43,669 nt of DNA from a virus (Duplodnaviria > Caudoviricetes). The notes beneath the pieces were generated by a model, which was not told the origin of the DNA, made no database searches, and was given only the letters and a program-made list of their open reading frames with translations. Of this stretch, positions 1-7,664 are shown piece by piece. The DNA lies in IMG/VR virus record IMGVR_UViG_3300031627_000002, positions 1 through 43,669 of that record; one strand, written 5' to 3'. The position numbers and the translations under genes were made by a program. Position 1 is the stretch's first letter; each line of letters begins with the position of its first letter.

Positions 1-1
1 C

Positions 2-490
2 AGTAGCAAAGATCAAGCATGGCGAACACCAGCAGCCCTATACAACGCACTTGATAAAGAATTTGGCTTTACACTTGATGCGGCTGCAAGCCGCAACAAT
101 AAAAAATGTGAAAACTACCTAGGCCCCGATCACCCCAATCCAACCAAGCAAAATAGCTTAAAGGCTCATTGGCAGGGTACGGTATTCTGCAACCCACCAT
201 ACGGTAGAACAGTAAACCAATGGGTACAGCACGCCAAAGAACAAGCCCAGCAAGGCGCAACAGTTGTAATGATAGTAATGGCCTGCACAGATACAAACTG
301 GTGGCACGAACAAGCATGGAAAGCCGCAGAAATACGCCTAGTGCAAGGTCGTGTAAGCTTTAATAGAAGTAATGGCGAAAAAGCAGCAGCAGCACCCAAG
401 GGTAGCGCAATACTTATTTTTAGACCACACGTGCCACACAACGGCTACCCAGAAGGTCCAAGGGTGGTTAGCTGGCCATGCCCTAAATGA
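2..490 (+). CDS. dam: Phage DNA N6-adenine methyltransferase (Dam, T1-like/PF05869 type), 5'-truncated by window edge
   Basis: The frame of ORF 269..490 is open back to base 2. It reads SSKDQAWRTPAALYNALDKEFGFTLDAAAS...VFCNPPYGR...TDTNWW...GRVSF, with the W-x-TP, F-x-LDAAA and NPPY motifs of phage Dam. Confidence 0.9.
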   Translation, partial: SSKDQAWRTPAALYNALDKEFGFTLDAAASRNNKKCENYLGPDHPNPTKQNSLKAHWQGTVFCNPPYGRTVNQWVQHAKEQAQQGATVVMIVMACTDTNWWHEQAWKAAEIRLVQGRVSFNRSNGEKAAAAPKGSAILIFRPHVPHNGYPEGPRVVSWPCPK

Positions 491-509
491 ATAAGCTAAC
501 TACGTAGCG

Positions 510-1418
510 CTAAAGCCAAGAAGTTGGAACGTATTGCCATTCGTAGATCATTGCTTGCTTGATCCCGTACTTGGCTTCTACAGCGTTTAGGAACTCCAAA
601 AAGTCTGGCTTTGTCCACACACCAAAGGCATCCATTATTCCGCAGGCGTTGTGGGTTGTGTAGGGGGAAGCAACGCAAGCAGGGTTGGATAACGCTTCTA
701 CACTGAACATTGGCCATACGTTTGGTTGGCTTAACCATGCTTTGTGGTTTTCTAAATAACTGCCTATCTTTCCGTTTAGTAGATCTTTTGGGTTCCCGTT
801 GTTTTTACAGTATGGCGTGTTGGGGCAACGGCACTTTGGCCCTTTGTCGCCTTTACAGCCACATGCGGCCATTTCGCCTACCCAGTATATTTCGGGGTAA
901 CTTTGGTTGCCTTGGTCGTTTGGCGGTGGCCCTTTGGGGGCGTAGCCGTAGTCTAGTGGAACTGTTGGCCAATACTGCGCCCAAAGCTTTTCTATGTAGC
1001 TTTCGCCTTGCTTACCGTAGTACACGTTTACATTTTCATAATCAAAACCCAAACAAGTGATCTTATTGCTTCCACTGGAATTGTTTAGCTTAGTTATAAA
1101 CTGAAACGCTAGATCCATTGTGTCGTTTGGCTGGAAGGTAGCGGAAGATCCAACCCACGGCCATTTTGGCTCTGTGTCTAGCACTAGTCCTGCTTGGCAG
1201 GTTGCTGGCAATTGATCCAACCAATACTTTTGAAGCCAACCTTGCTTGGCGTAGGTTCCTGCTTTTATGTTTGGGTCCATTAGAATAAAGAACGCACGCT
1301 TTATGTTGTTGTCTTTAATAAACTTTACGTACTGGGCTGCGTATTCTTTAAAGGTTGCTTCGTCTGTTGCTGGCTTTCCAACTATTGCTTCGTGCCACAC
1401 ACCTAATTTCATAGTCAC
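510..1418 (-). CDS. Hypothetical protein (Trp/Cys-rich; possibly glycoside-hydrolase-like barrel)
   Basis: 302-aa ORF, probable ATG start at 1412. GFDYE weakly resembles the GH18 DxE motif; function unsupported beyond that. Confidence 0.65.
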   Translation of the reverse strand: MTMKLGVWHEAIVGKPATDEATFKEYAAQYVKFIKDNNIKRAFFILMDPNIKAGTYAKQGWLQKYWLDQLPATCQAGLVLDTEPKWPWVGSSATFQPNDTMDLAFQFITKLNNSSGSNKITCLGFDYENVNVYYGKQGESYIEKLWAQYWPTVPLDYGYAPKGPPPNDQGNQSYPEIYWVGEMAACGCKGDKGPKCRCPNTPYCKNNGNPKDLLNGKIGSYLENHKAWLSQPNVWPMFSVEALSNPACVASPYTTHNACGIMDAFGVWTKPDFLEFLNAVEAKYGIKQAMIYEWQYVPTSWL

Positions 1419-1585
1419 CTCTGCTACAGACTAGCCTGTGCTGAAATTTTATAAAGAAAAAAAAGCACTACGCATAGGGTGGGAGTTTTTTGAGAAATAT
1501 CCTGCGATGGTAGGTAAACGGCAGTGGCACCAAAACGGCAAAAAGCAAGGGGTGCCCCCTTGCAATTTGGTTTTGGGTTTTGGTT

Positions 1586-1648
1586 TTAGCTAACGCTGGC
1601 AGCGCAAGCTATAAGGGCGTTTAGGGTAGCAAAGTAAAGTAAAAACAT
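1586..1648 (-). CDS. Putative 20-aa hydrophobic micropeptide MFLLYFATLNALIACAASVS
   Basis: Manually translated. Preceded by AAAAGGATCTTACAATG, the same RBS-like string as before ORF 3375..3602 (AAAGGATCTTAAATG). Confidence 0.3.
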   Translation of the reverse strand: MFLLYFATLNALIACAASVS

Positions 1649-1680
1649 TGTAAGATCCTTTTATGGTTTAGGGGTAGGGT

Positions 1681-1705
1681 GCCAGCCCCCACAATAGGGG
1701 CTGGC
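1681..1705 (-). terminator. GC-rich hairpin just downstream of ORF 1715..2281
   Basis: GCCAGCCCC-CACAATA-GGGGCTGGC, a perfect 9-bp stem; no clear U-tract. Confidence 0.5.
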
Positions 1706-1714
1706 GGTTAGGGT

Positions 1715-2281
1715 TTACAGGCTACCGATCAAGGTTGCCAAGTTAGCCTGTATATAGCCAGCGGGATCGGCACTAAACGCCTTAGGATCGGCGGGCGTTA
1801 GCATAACGTGCCTTTGATCCGTGCTGGCATTGTAAAGCTTACCAGTAAAGCCCAAAGCAGTAGCGCTGCGTTGGCAAGTTTGATCCACGCGCCAGCCGTG
1901 CTGGTTATGCAACCAAGTTTTGTAAAGCGCTACCCATGGATCTGCACCTACTACCTGATCGCCTACCTTGTTTTGGTAGCCGCGCAAGATCAACCGATCG
2001 CCGTTAGGCGTTACGCTGCCAGCGGTACCAGCTACCGCAGCTAATAGCGCGGTTGCAAGCTTTACAACGGTATTGCGGTTAGGCATGCGTGCCTTTAGGT
2101 GCCTACCATGGCGGCTACCTGCACCAGCGGGCTGGCGGCTATTGTGCGCGGCTTGCATAACGGCGATCAGATCAACCTGTGCAGCCTGTGCGGCTAACTG
2201 CTGATCGGTAGGTTTAGCGGCTGCCTTTACAGCCTTGTTAGTGGTTTTAGTTTTAGCGGTTTTGGTTTTGGCGTTTGCCAT
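1715..2281 (-). CDS. Hypothetical early protein with Lys/Ala-rich N-terminus; Glu-free paralog of 7711..8277
   Basis: 188-aa ORF with promoter at 2333-2361 and RBS AAGGG. C-terminal TWLHNQHGWRVDQTCQRSA matches TWMKTQHGWKDNMTCGRSA of 7711..8277. Confidence 0.85.
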   Translation of the reverse strand: MANAKTKTAKTKTTNKAVKAAAKPTDQQLAAQAAQVDLIAVMQAAHNSRQPAGAGSRHGRHLKARMPNRNTVVKLATALLAAVAGTAGSVTPNGDRLILRGYQNKVGDQVVGADPWVALYKTWLHNQHGWRVDQTCQRSATALGFTGKLYNASTDQRHVMLTPADPKAFSADPAGYIQANLATLIGSL

Positions 2282-2332
2282 GGTAGTTACCCTTTGGTTT
2301 GCGTTTAGGCGTTAGTGCCTAACTGCCCTACG

Positions 2333-2361
2333 GTTATACAGGCAAACGGTTACGGTTGCAT
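2333..2361 (-). promoter_or_regulatory. Sigma70-like promoter (conserved phage early family)
   Basis: Minus strand ATGCAA-17 bp containing TAAC-TATAAC. Confidence 0.55.
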
Positions 2362-2518
2362 AGTTTTATTTTGGTTTTAGCGGTTTTATTTTGGTGGCAG
2401 GCTTGCAGTGCAGCCTTTTTATTTTTGATCAGCACGGGATCAAACCACCAGATCAGCACGGATCAACGGTGCGATCCTAACCTTATAACGGTTAGCAACA
2501 GTTAGCGATCTATAGGTT

Positions 2519-2618
2519 GCAAGATCGGGCGCTATATATAGGGCAAGATCGGGCGCTATATATATAGGGCGATCAAGGGTAGCGCCTAAACGCTGTACAG
2601 GTAGCAAGATCGGCGCTA
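2519..2618. repeat. Direct repeats GCAAGATCGGGCGCTATATATAGG (2 copies plus a partial third)
   Basis: Copies at 2519-2542, 2543-2569 and partial 2604-2618, inside a GATC cluster. Confidence 0.8.
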
Positions 2619-2805
2619 CGCCCTAACAGGTACCACGGTTAGGGTTAGCAACCGCAAGCCAGCACAAGCCAAACAAGCGCCACTAAGCGGCACACTGCAC
2701 AGGTGTACAGTAGCTAAACGGCTAACCTGTAAAGCGTTAGGTTGGCACGGGAATTGCAGTGTAGCAAGGTGCGTGCCAGATCAAAGATCGTGCCAAGTTT
2801 TTACC

Positions 2806-2940
2806 TGTACACTTGTACAGGTGTACGTTTATACAGGTGTACACTTGTACAGTACTGGATCTTTATACAGGTGTACACTTGTACAGTACTGCAAGCCTGT
2901 GCAGGTGTACGTTTGTACAGTACTGTATGCCTGTACAGTA
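2806..2940. repeat. TGTACA/GTAC palindrome-rich array with a 30-bp direct repeat
   Basis: TTTATACAGGTGTACACTTGTACAGTACTG at 2828-2857 and 2862-2891; many TGTACA and AGTACT palindromes. Confidence 0.85.
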
Positions 2941-2953
2941 TGCCAAAAAGCCA

Positions 2954-3033
2954 TAATGCAAATAGTGCAAATAGTGCAAATAGTGCAAAAGCAATAGTGC
3001 AAATAGTGCAAAAGGTGCAAATAGTGCAAAATA
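2954..3033. repeat. Tandem 9-mer AAATAGTGC array
   Basis: About 7-8 imperfect tandem copies of (A)AATAGTGCA. Confidence 0.85.
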
Positions 3034-3374
3034 AGGTCGTTGTACCGTGAGGTCGCTTTCTATTTTTTTGGGTCGCCCATTTTTGGGGTCGCTGTCCACG
3101 GTCTTTTTCCGCGTGGTCTTTGGTCGCTGTATAAGGTCGCGGTCCACGTTCTTTTTCCGCGGGACGGTCTTTTTCCGCGTGACCTTTTTTGCGGTCTACT
3201 TTTTTGCCACCTAAACCCAAACAAACATGACAAGCGAACGTCCTTATTCCTTGGTCGCTGTCTACCTAAAATGCTAATCTAAAGGTCGCGCTCTTTGTTT
3301 ATAAACAAAAGGGTGACCCTAACGACGCTACCAAAGCCGCTAAGGTCACCCGCACTGTTTGTCAGTGCCGTCCA

Positions 3375-3602
3375 CTACTCGATCCAGTCTACCTTCTGGT
3401 TCTCCGTGGGTTCAACTTCCGCTGCGATCACAGCCGACCCGCTAAACATACTAAGAGCAGCGAGTATAAGGGACGCCATAGAAACCACCAAACGGCGACC
3501 CCGTTGTTGTAGGCGTAGATCGGCAGGGAAGAAGTCTTTGTAAAGGGTAACGGCAAATATTGCCAAAGCAATGGTCACAATGTTTAAGGGTAGGTTGGTC
3601 AT
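3375..3602 (-). CDS. Small hypothetical membrane protein
   Basis: 75 aa with two hydrophobic stretches; RBS AAGGATC; promoter-like sequence at ~3659-3689. Confidence 0.6.
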   Translation of the reverse strand: MTNLPLNIVTIALAIFAVTLYKDFFPADLRLQQRGRRLVVSMASLILAALSMFSGSAVIAAEVEPTENQKVDWIE

Positions 3603-4103
3603 TTAAGATCCTTTAGTGGTTAGTGTTTAGTAGGTTAGCGCCCTTGCTAACCTATATATATAGTAACACAATACAGGTTATAGATGCTACCCATCACCGC
3701 AAGGTAGTAGGAGCAAGACCACACCGCACCAACCATACAGCGGACACATGACGGTCGCGCTCGGCGCCAGCCACACCAAGCCATACCAAGTAAGGACAGC
3801 GACCAACATAGCAACCATACAACATAACCAAGGGTCGGTGTCACCCGCTAAGCAAGCAGGTACTACAGCACAGGGGTCGCTGTCACCCAGGTTCCTCGGA
3901 CGAACACCCCCCCTATTTGTTTTGGGACATTGACTTGTCGAAACCGACAACCCCCCCCCATGACAAAGACCCAAGCCGCCCCTACTGTGGTCGGTGTCAC
4001 CCCCCTCTTAGTCATGGGGGACAGCACCCCCCCTATGAAGTCGCTATCCCCCCCTACTTATAACCAATGACCCCCCCCTATTAGAAGGGGGAAGTCTGCT
4101 ACC

Positions 4104-4502
4104 CTACAGCATGTGCTGTGTAATGCGACCGCTGCATAGCTGTTCTGTGTAACCAGGTCCCTTGGGGTCGGTGTAGGTGTACCATACGCCCTGTGCATTA
4201 CAGACATAAACGTAGTCGGCTTCCATGTTGCTTACCTCGCGACACAAACCTTCGCGGTTTAGCTGCTGCGCTGGACGCCAAAGTTCTTGTGGCATTGGCA
4301 TGACCTTATACCGTTCGCGCATGTGTTGGTCACCCTTACCAACTATAGCGAGCGCCCTTTCGTGGGTGTTGCAAACAAAGCGCAACCATTGCCCAAGTTC
4401 GGCGGGTGTCGCCCAAAAGGCGCAGTACATTGTAGTAAACTGGTTTGGCGCGGTCTGTACCGCAACTATTGCGCTTGTGTATTTTGTGGTGTCCATTGTC
4501 AT
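4104..4502 (-). CDS. Hypothetical phage protein, divergent paralog of 4753..5082
   Basis: Likely start MTMDTT at 4502 after AAGGG and promoter 4553-4581. TMYCAFWATP/ADYVYV align by eye with VIYCHYDGYP/ADFIYV. Confidence 0.7.
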   Translation of the reverse strand: MTMDTTKYTSAIVAVQTAPNQFTTMYCAFWATPAELGQWLRFVCNTHERALAIVGKGDQHMRERYKVMPMPQELWRPAQQLNREGLCREVSNMEADYVYVCNAQGVWYTYTDPKGPGYTEQLCSGRITQHML

Positions 4503-4552
4503 TGTATTGCCCTTAGTGGTTAGTGGTAGGTTGTAGCCCTTGCTACACCTAT

Positions 4553-4581
4553 AAGGTACCACACAACTGGTTAGCATACAA
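4553..4581 (-). promoter_or_regulatory. Sigma70-like promoter (conserved family)
   Basis: TTGTAT-GCTAACCAGTTGTGTGG-TACCTT. Confidence 0.55.
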
Positions 4582-4752
4582 CCACAGCCAAACCTTAGTA
4601 TGACAGTGACCAGCAAGAGGGCGACCCAGTAATAGCTAAACGCAACCATAAGGCGCTGGTCGCTGTCATTCAGATAACAATGGTCGCTGTCACACACAGT
4701 AGCCACAAAGCGACAGCGCGTTCAAGCACTGTCACCTTCTGTTGTGTCTGGC

Positions 4753-5082
4753 TTACTCTAGGTCCATAAAGCGGTGCTTGCGGTACACTGACCAACTTTG
4801 TGTGCTGGGATCAAAGACGTAAATGAAGTCAGCGTAATTCGTTGAGTCACTTATCCTCTTCAGTGTCCGTGCTGGGCTGCCACCGCCTAAAGGAATGGTA
4901 GTTCCATTACTAGCAATGGCCTTGAGGTCACCCCCGTCCATTAGCCGTTGTACGGCTGCGGTAGACCCAAACGAGTCTGCCAGCATCTTGCCAGTGTGCG
5001 ACGGGTAACCGTCGTAGTGGCAATAAATGACCTGGTATTCATTGTTGTTAATTTTGCGTGCTATTAGTGCTGGAGTCCCCAT
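4753..5082 (-). CDS. Conserved phage hypothetical protein (IYCHxDGYP family)
   Basis: Start MGTPALI at 5082. The YCHYDGYPSHTG motif is one I recognise as widespread among phage proteins of unknown function. Confidence 0.8.
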   Translation of the reverse strand: MGTPALIARKINNNEYQVIYCHYDGYPSHTGKMLADSFGSTAAVQRLMDGGDLKAIASNGTTIPLGGGSPARTLKRISDSTNYADFIYVFDPSTQSWSVYRKHRFMDLE

Positions 5083-5360
5083 TCGCTTGCCCTTTGGTGG
5101 TTGGTAGTTTGTAGCGGCTGCTACACTAATAATATAACACATTATGTAGTATTGAACTATATGTCCACTAAACATAGTGGGAAGGCGACCTCAAGGGTTG
5201 GGCGCGACAACGACCCGCACGCAAACCATATATATTAGCTGCACGAGGTCGCTGTCCCCTAGCTAAACTTACTTATAATAAGGGGGTCGCCTTCTTCCCG
5301 AGCGGATTGGTCGCTGTCTTTAGCACTGGGCAAGGTCTTGTGTCCCAGCACTGTCGCTTT

Positions 5361-5624
5361 CTACATAGGCTCTACCACTTCGCCCATCGCCCCTTTCGCG
5401 CAGTCCTCACATATCGTTATGTCTGGGCTTCTTGTTATTCCCGCACAGGTTGTGCAGAAGCAGGACTCCACCTTGTTCAGGCTGTAAGGGACATTGTGAC
5501 CCCAGCCAGCATAGAACCAGTGAAACACATCTTCAGCATCACTTTGTTCTGGTATCGCCTTCTCAATCTTCTTCTTGGTTCTTGGGCACGTAAAACCTAA
5601 GACCATTGGGTAGTCGCCTTCCAC
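5361..5624 (-). CDS. Hypothetical protein with CxxC pairs
   Basis: 87-aa ORF; CTTC and CEDC; AGGAGG upstream. Confidence 0.6.
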   Translation of the reverse strand: MEGDYPMVLGFTCPRTKKKIEKAIPEQSDAEDVFHWFYAGWGHNVPYSLNKVESCFCTTCAGITRSPDITICEDCAKGAMGEVVEPM

Positions 5625-5633
5625 TCTTCCTCC

Positions 5634-5723
5634 TTACCTGTCAAACAGGTCTGTTGTTAGTGTCCAGTAGCCGAGTGCTGCTAGTCCGATCAGCCCCCAT
5701 GACATTAGTATCGTTGTAATCAT
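5634..5723 (-). CDS. Small membrane peptide (29 aa)
   Basis: MITTILMSWGLIGLAALGYW...; RBS GGAGGG upstream of ATG at 5723. Confidence 0.5.
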   Translation of the reverse strand: MITTILMSWGLIGLAALGYWTLTTDLFDR

Positions 5724-5727
5724 TGAT

Positions 5728-5889
5728 TCACCCTCCTTGCTTACAAAGCTTGCGCGACTTCTGCCGCAGTGACTTCTCAATCGCCCTCTTATGCTTCCGC
5801 GCTTTCGCAGCGCTTCGGCCTCCCCCGCCTCTATGTGGTTGCCCATCAACGTCCTTACGGGACTTAAAAAGTTTCGCTTTACCTTTCAT
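5728..5889 (-). CDS. Small highly basic protein (53 aa), not in ORF track
   Basis: Manual translation MKGKAKLFKSRKDVDGQPHRGGGGRSAAKARKHKRAIEKSLRQKSRKLCKQGG*; RBS GGAGGG; fills the gap between neighbours exactly. Confidence 0.6.
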   Translation of the reverse strand: MKGKAKLFKSRKDVDGQPHRGGGGRSAAKARKHKRAIEKSLRQKSRKLCKQGG

Positions 5890-5892
5890 TGT

Positions 5893-6240
5893 CTAACCCT
5901 CCTGGTTCTTGTTCCAGCCAATTCGCCATGCTGTATATTCGTTGTCTGAGATCGTCCCTGCATCATGCAGGTCTGCCATCACTTCTGGGCTTGCTGTGTT
6001 GGTGTCAAGGTGTTCACGCCAGTCGTACCATCCGTATGCTCCCAAGTAGTCCTCTTCGCTTGCCTGCAATACATAGTTGCGTAAGACCTCGGCATCCATT
6101 GCCTCTTCTGCATCGCCTTCAATTAGCAGTCCTGCTTCCACTTGATCGCGCCTTGCAAAGTCTTCTTCCTCTTGCTCTTGCCACTCCCTGTATTCGGTAG
6201 GTGACATAAGCATTGGATCTTTAGGTTCCATGTCTAACAT
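5893..6240 (-). CDS. Small very acidic protein
   Basis: Start MLDMEPK at 6240, downstream of promoter 6294-6322; strongly D/E-rich. Confidence 0.75.
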   Translation of the reverse strand: MLDMEPKDPMLMSPTEYREWQEQEEEDFARRDQVEAGLLIEGDAEEAMDAEVLRNYVLQASEEDYLGAYGWYDWREHLDTNTASPEVMADLHDAGTISDNEYTAWRIGWNKNQEG

Positions 6241-6293
6241 TTCTATTTCCCTTTGGTGGTTTGCTAAGGTACTTGATCGCGCCTTGCCTATAT

Positions 6294-6322
6294 ATAATAC
6301 GCCACAGGTTATTAAGATGCAA
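6294..6322 (-). promoter_or_regulatory. Sigma70-like promoter (conserved family)
   Basis: TTGCAT-CTTAATAACCTGTGGCG-TATTAT, 17-bp spacer. Confidence 0.75.
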
Positions 6323-7000
6323 TAGTCTTTATGTTTTAGTATGACCAGCCGAAAAAGCGAAACGCAGGACGGCGACCCCGCAAGTGCTACCCCCACACGG
6401 GGAAGACACCAGACAGCGACCAACCATAATAGTAGTATACAAACAGGTCGCTGTCACCTATCTAGCAGATCGCGGTCAGCAGGTCGCTGTCCACGCCAGA
6501 AGTTGACTTTCAACGGTCACTTTAGTCAGGTCGCGGTCGTCAGGTCGCCTTCTGTGTGTCAGGGGTCGCCTTCCCCCAAAGAGGTCGCCATCCTTTTTCC
6601 CAAGAGTCTTTTTTTTGGTCGCCCTCCTTTTTCCCAAGAGTCGCCTTCTACTTTTTTGGCGTGGTCGCTGTCTTACCTTTTTTGCCTAGGGTCTATTTTT
6701 TTTGGAGTTTTCCGAATGGAAACTTGGTCGCAGTCTAACTTTTTTTAGCGGTTCAGGTCGCTGTCCTTTCTCCTACTTTTCCAAAAACCCTCCCTTTATA
6801 GACACAGACCACAGACAGCGACCACGAATGGAATGAAAGCGACCACAAAGGGTACACCTCCAAAGACCTAGGTCGGCTTCCCGCAGGCTCGCAGTCGTGC
6901 TTTTTCTGAGTGGAGGGTAAAGACCTCACGCCCGATGGTTGGCAAATCGCCTTTTTTACCCGACCTTCATTCACGAAGACGAGTGTATGTCTAAACCTTC

Positions 7001-7039
7001 GTTATTTGGACTATTTTCATTATTTAGACTATTTGGACT
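7001..7039. repeat. Tandem 9-mer array (minus strand AAATAGTCC/T)
   Basis: TTATTTGGACTATTTTCATTATTTAGACTATTTGGACT; an inverted relative of the 2954-3033 array. Confidence 0.6.
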
Positions 7040-7626
7040 TTCCCTATCTTTCATTTACGCGAGGGTCGTTTGCGCTCCCTGTTTTGCGCGAGAGGTCTTC
7101 CCTGTTGCCTTTAGTGTTCTTCACCCATTAGATAGCGGTCGTTATCGCTTACATTCCTTTATACTTTACCGCCTCAGATAGCTTCTGACACCGTCTACGT
7201 ACAACATTGGGGGCATAGGGTACCCACCGCATACAGACAGCCTTAGATTGGCATCAAAGCGCCATTAGAACGAGTCTACCCACAAGTTGCATTCATGGTA
7301 CCCATACTCAGTCTGCGCAAGACAATAGGATAAAGACTATACGGTCTACCCGACCATGTAGTTCCCAGTGCGTATACAGGGGGTCGTGTTCACCCAACCG
7401 TATCTGAAGGAAGCAGTGCCTATGTCTGTCGTATAGGTAGTCTTTTCTAAACTGAGTATGGATAGTTCTTGTAACCGACAAGCCCCCCCCTATTGGAAAA
7501 GCGTAGTCTATATGAGTATGCGTAGACCAACCCCCCCCTACATGAGTAAGAGCATATACATATGGTCGTTTTCTATACCCCCCCTACTTAGACACCCTTT
7601 GTCTTTAGTAGTTTCATTTCCATAAT

Positions 7627-7664
7627 AAAAAGAAAGCCCCGCTCACGGTAAAGTGAACGAGGCT
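7627..7664 (-). terminator. Rho-independent terminator downstream of 7711..8277
   Basis: Minus strand AGCCTCGTTCAC-TTTACC-GTGAGCGGGGCT (G:U pairs) followed by TTCTTTTT. Confidence 0.75.

Larger units (their letters stand above)
3087..6823. repeat. Dispersed 10-mer GGTCGCTGTC/GACAGCGACC family in intergenic DNA
   Basis: Exact copies at 3087, 3253, 3795(rc), 3875, 4658, 4682, 5247, 5309, 6412(rc), 6446, 6482, 6663, 6756, 6814(rc), plus many GGTCGC variants. Confidence 0.85.

Noticed and set aside
510-1418. Chitinase/GH18 call
   Set aside because: Only a partial DxE motif; insufficient without a profile search.
2806-3033. Possible CRISPR array
   Set aside because: Repeats are tandem or separated by a few bases with no unique 30-40 bp spacers, and there is no cas operon. 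The Cas4-like nuclease sits in a recombination module.
1508-3036. UV photoproduct avoidance or simple base composition as the cause of TC depletion
   Set aside because: TT, CT and CC are abundant, all four bases are well represented, and neither explanation accounts for the GATC exemption.
2742-3282. Six overlapping ORFs in the track (e.g. 2742..3050, 2801..3220)
   Set aside because: Their translations simply mirror the DNA repeats, and the TGA/GA depletion removes stop codons. No RBS or promoter support.
6341-7181. ORFs 6341..6748, 6753..6974, 6910..7131, 6939..7181
   Set aside because: They lie in GGTCGC/T-tract repeat DNA, have low-complexity translations and lack an RBS.
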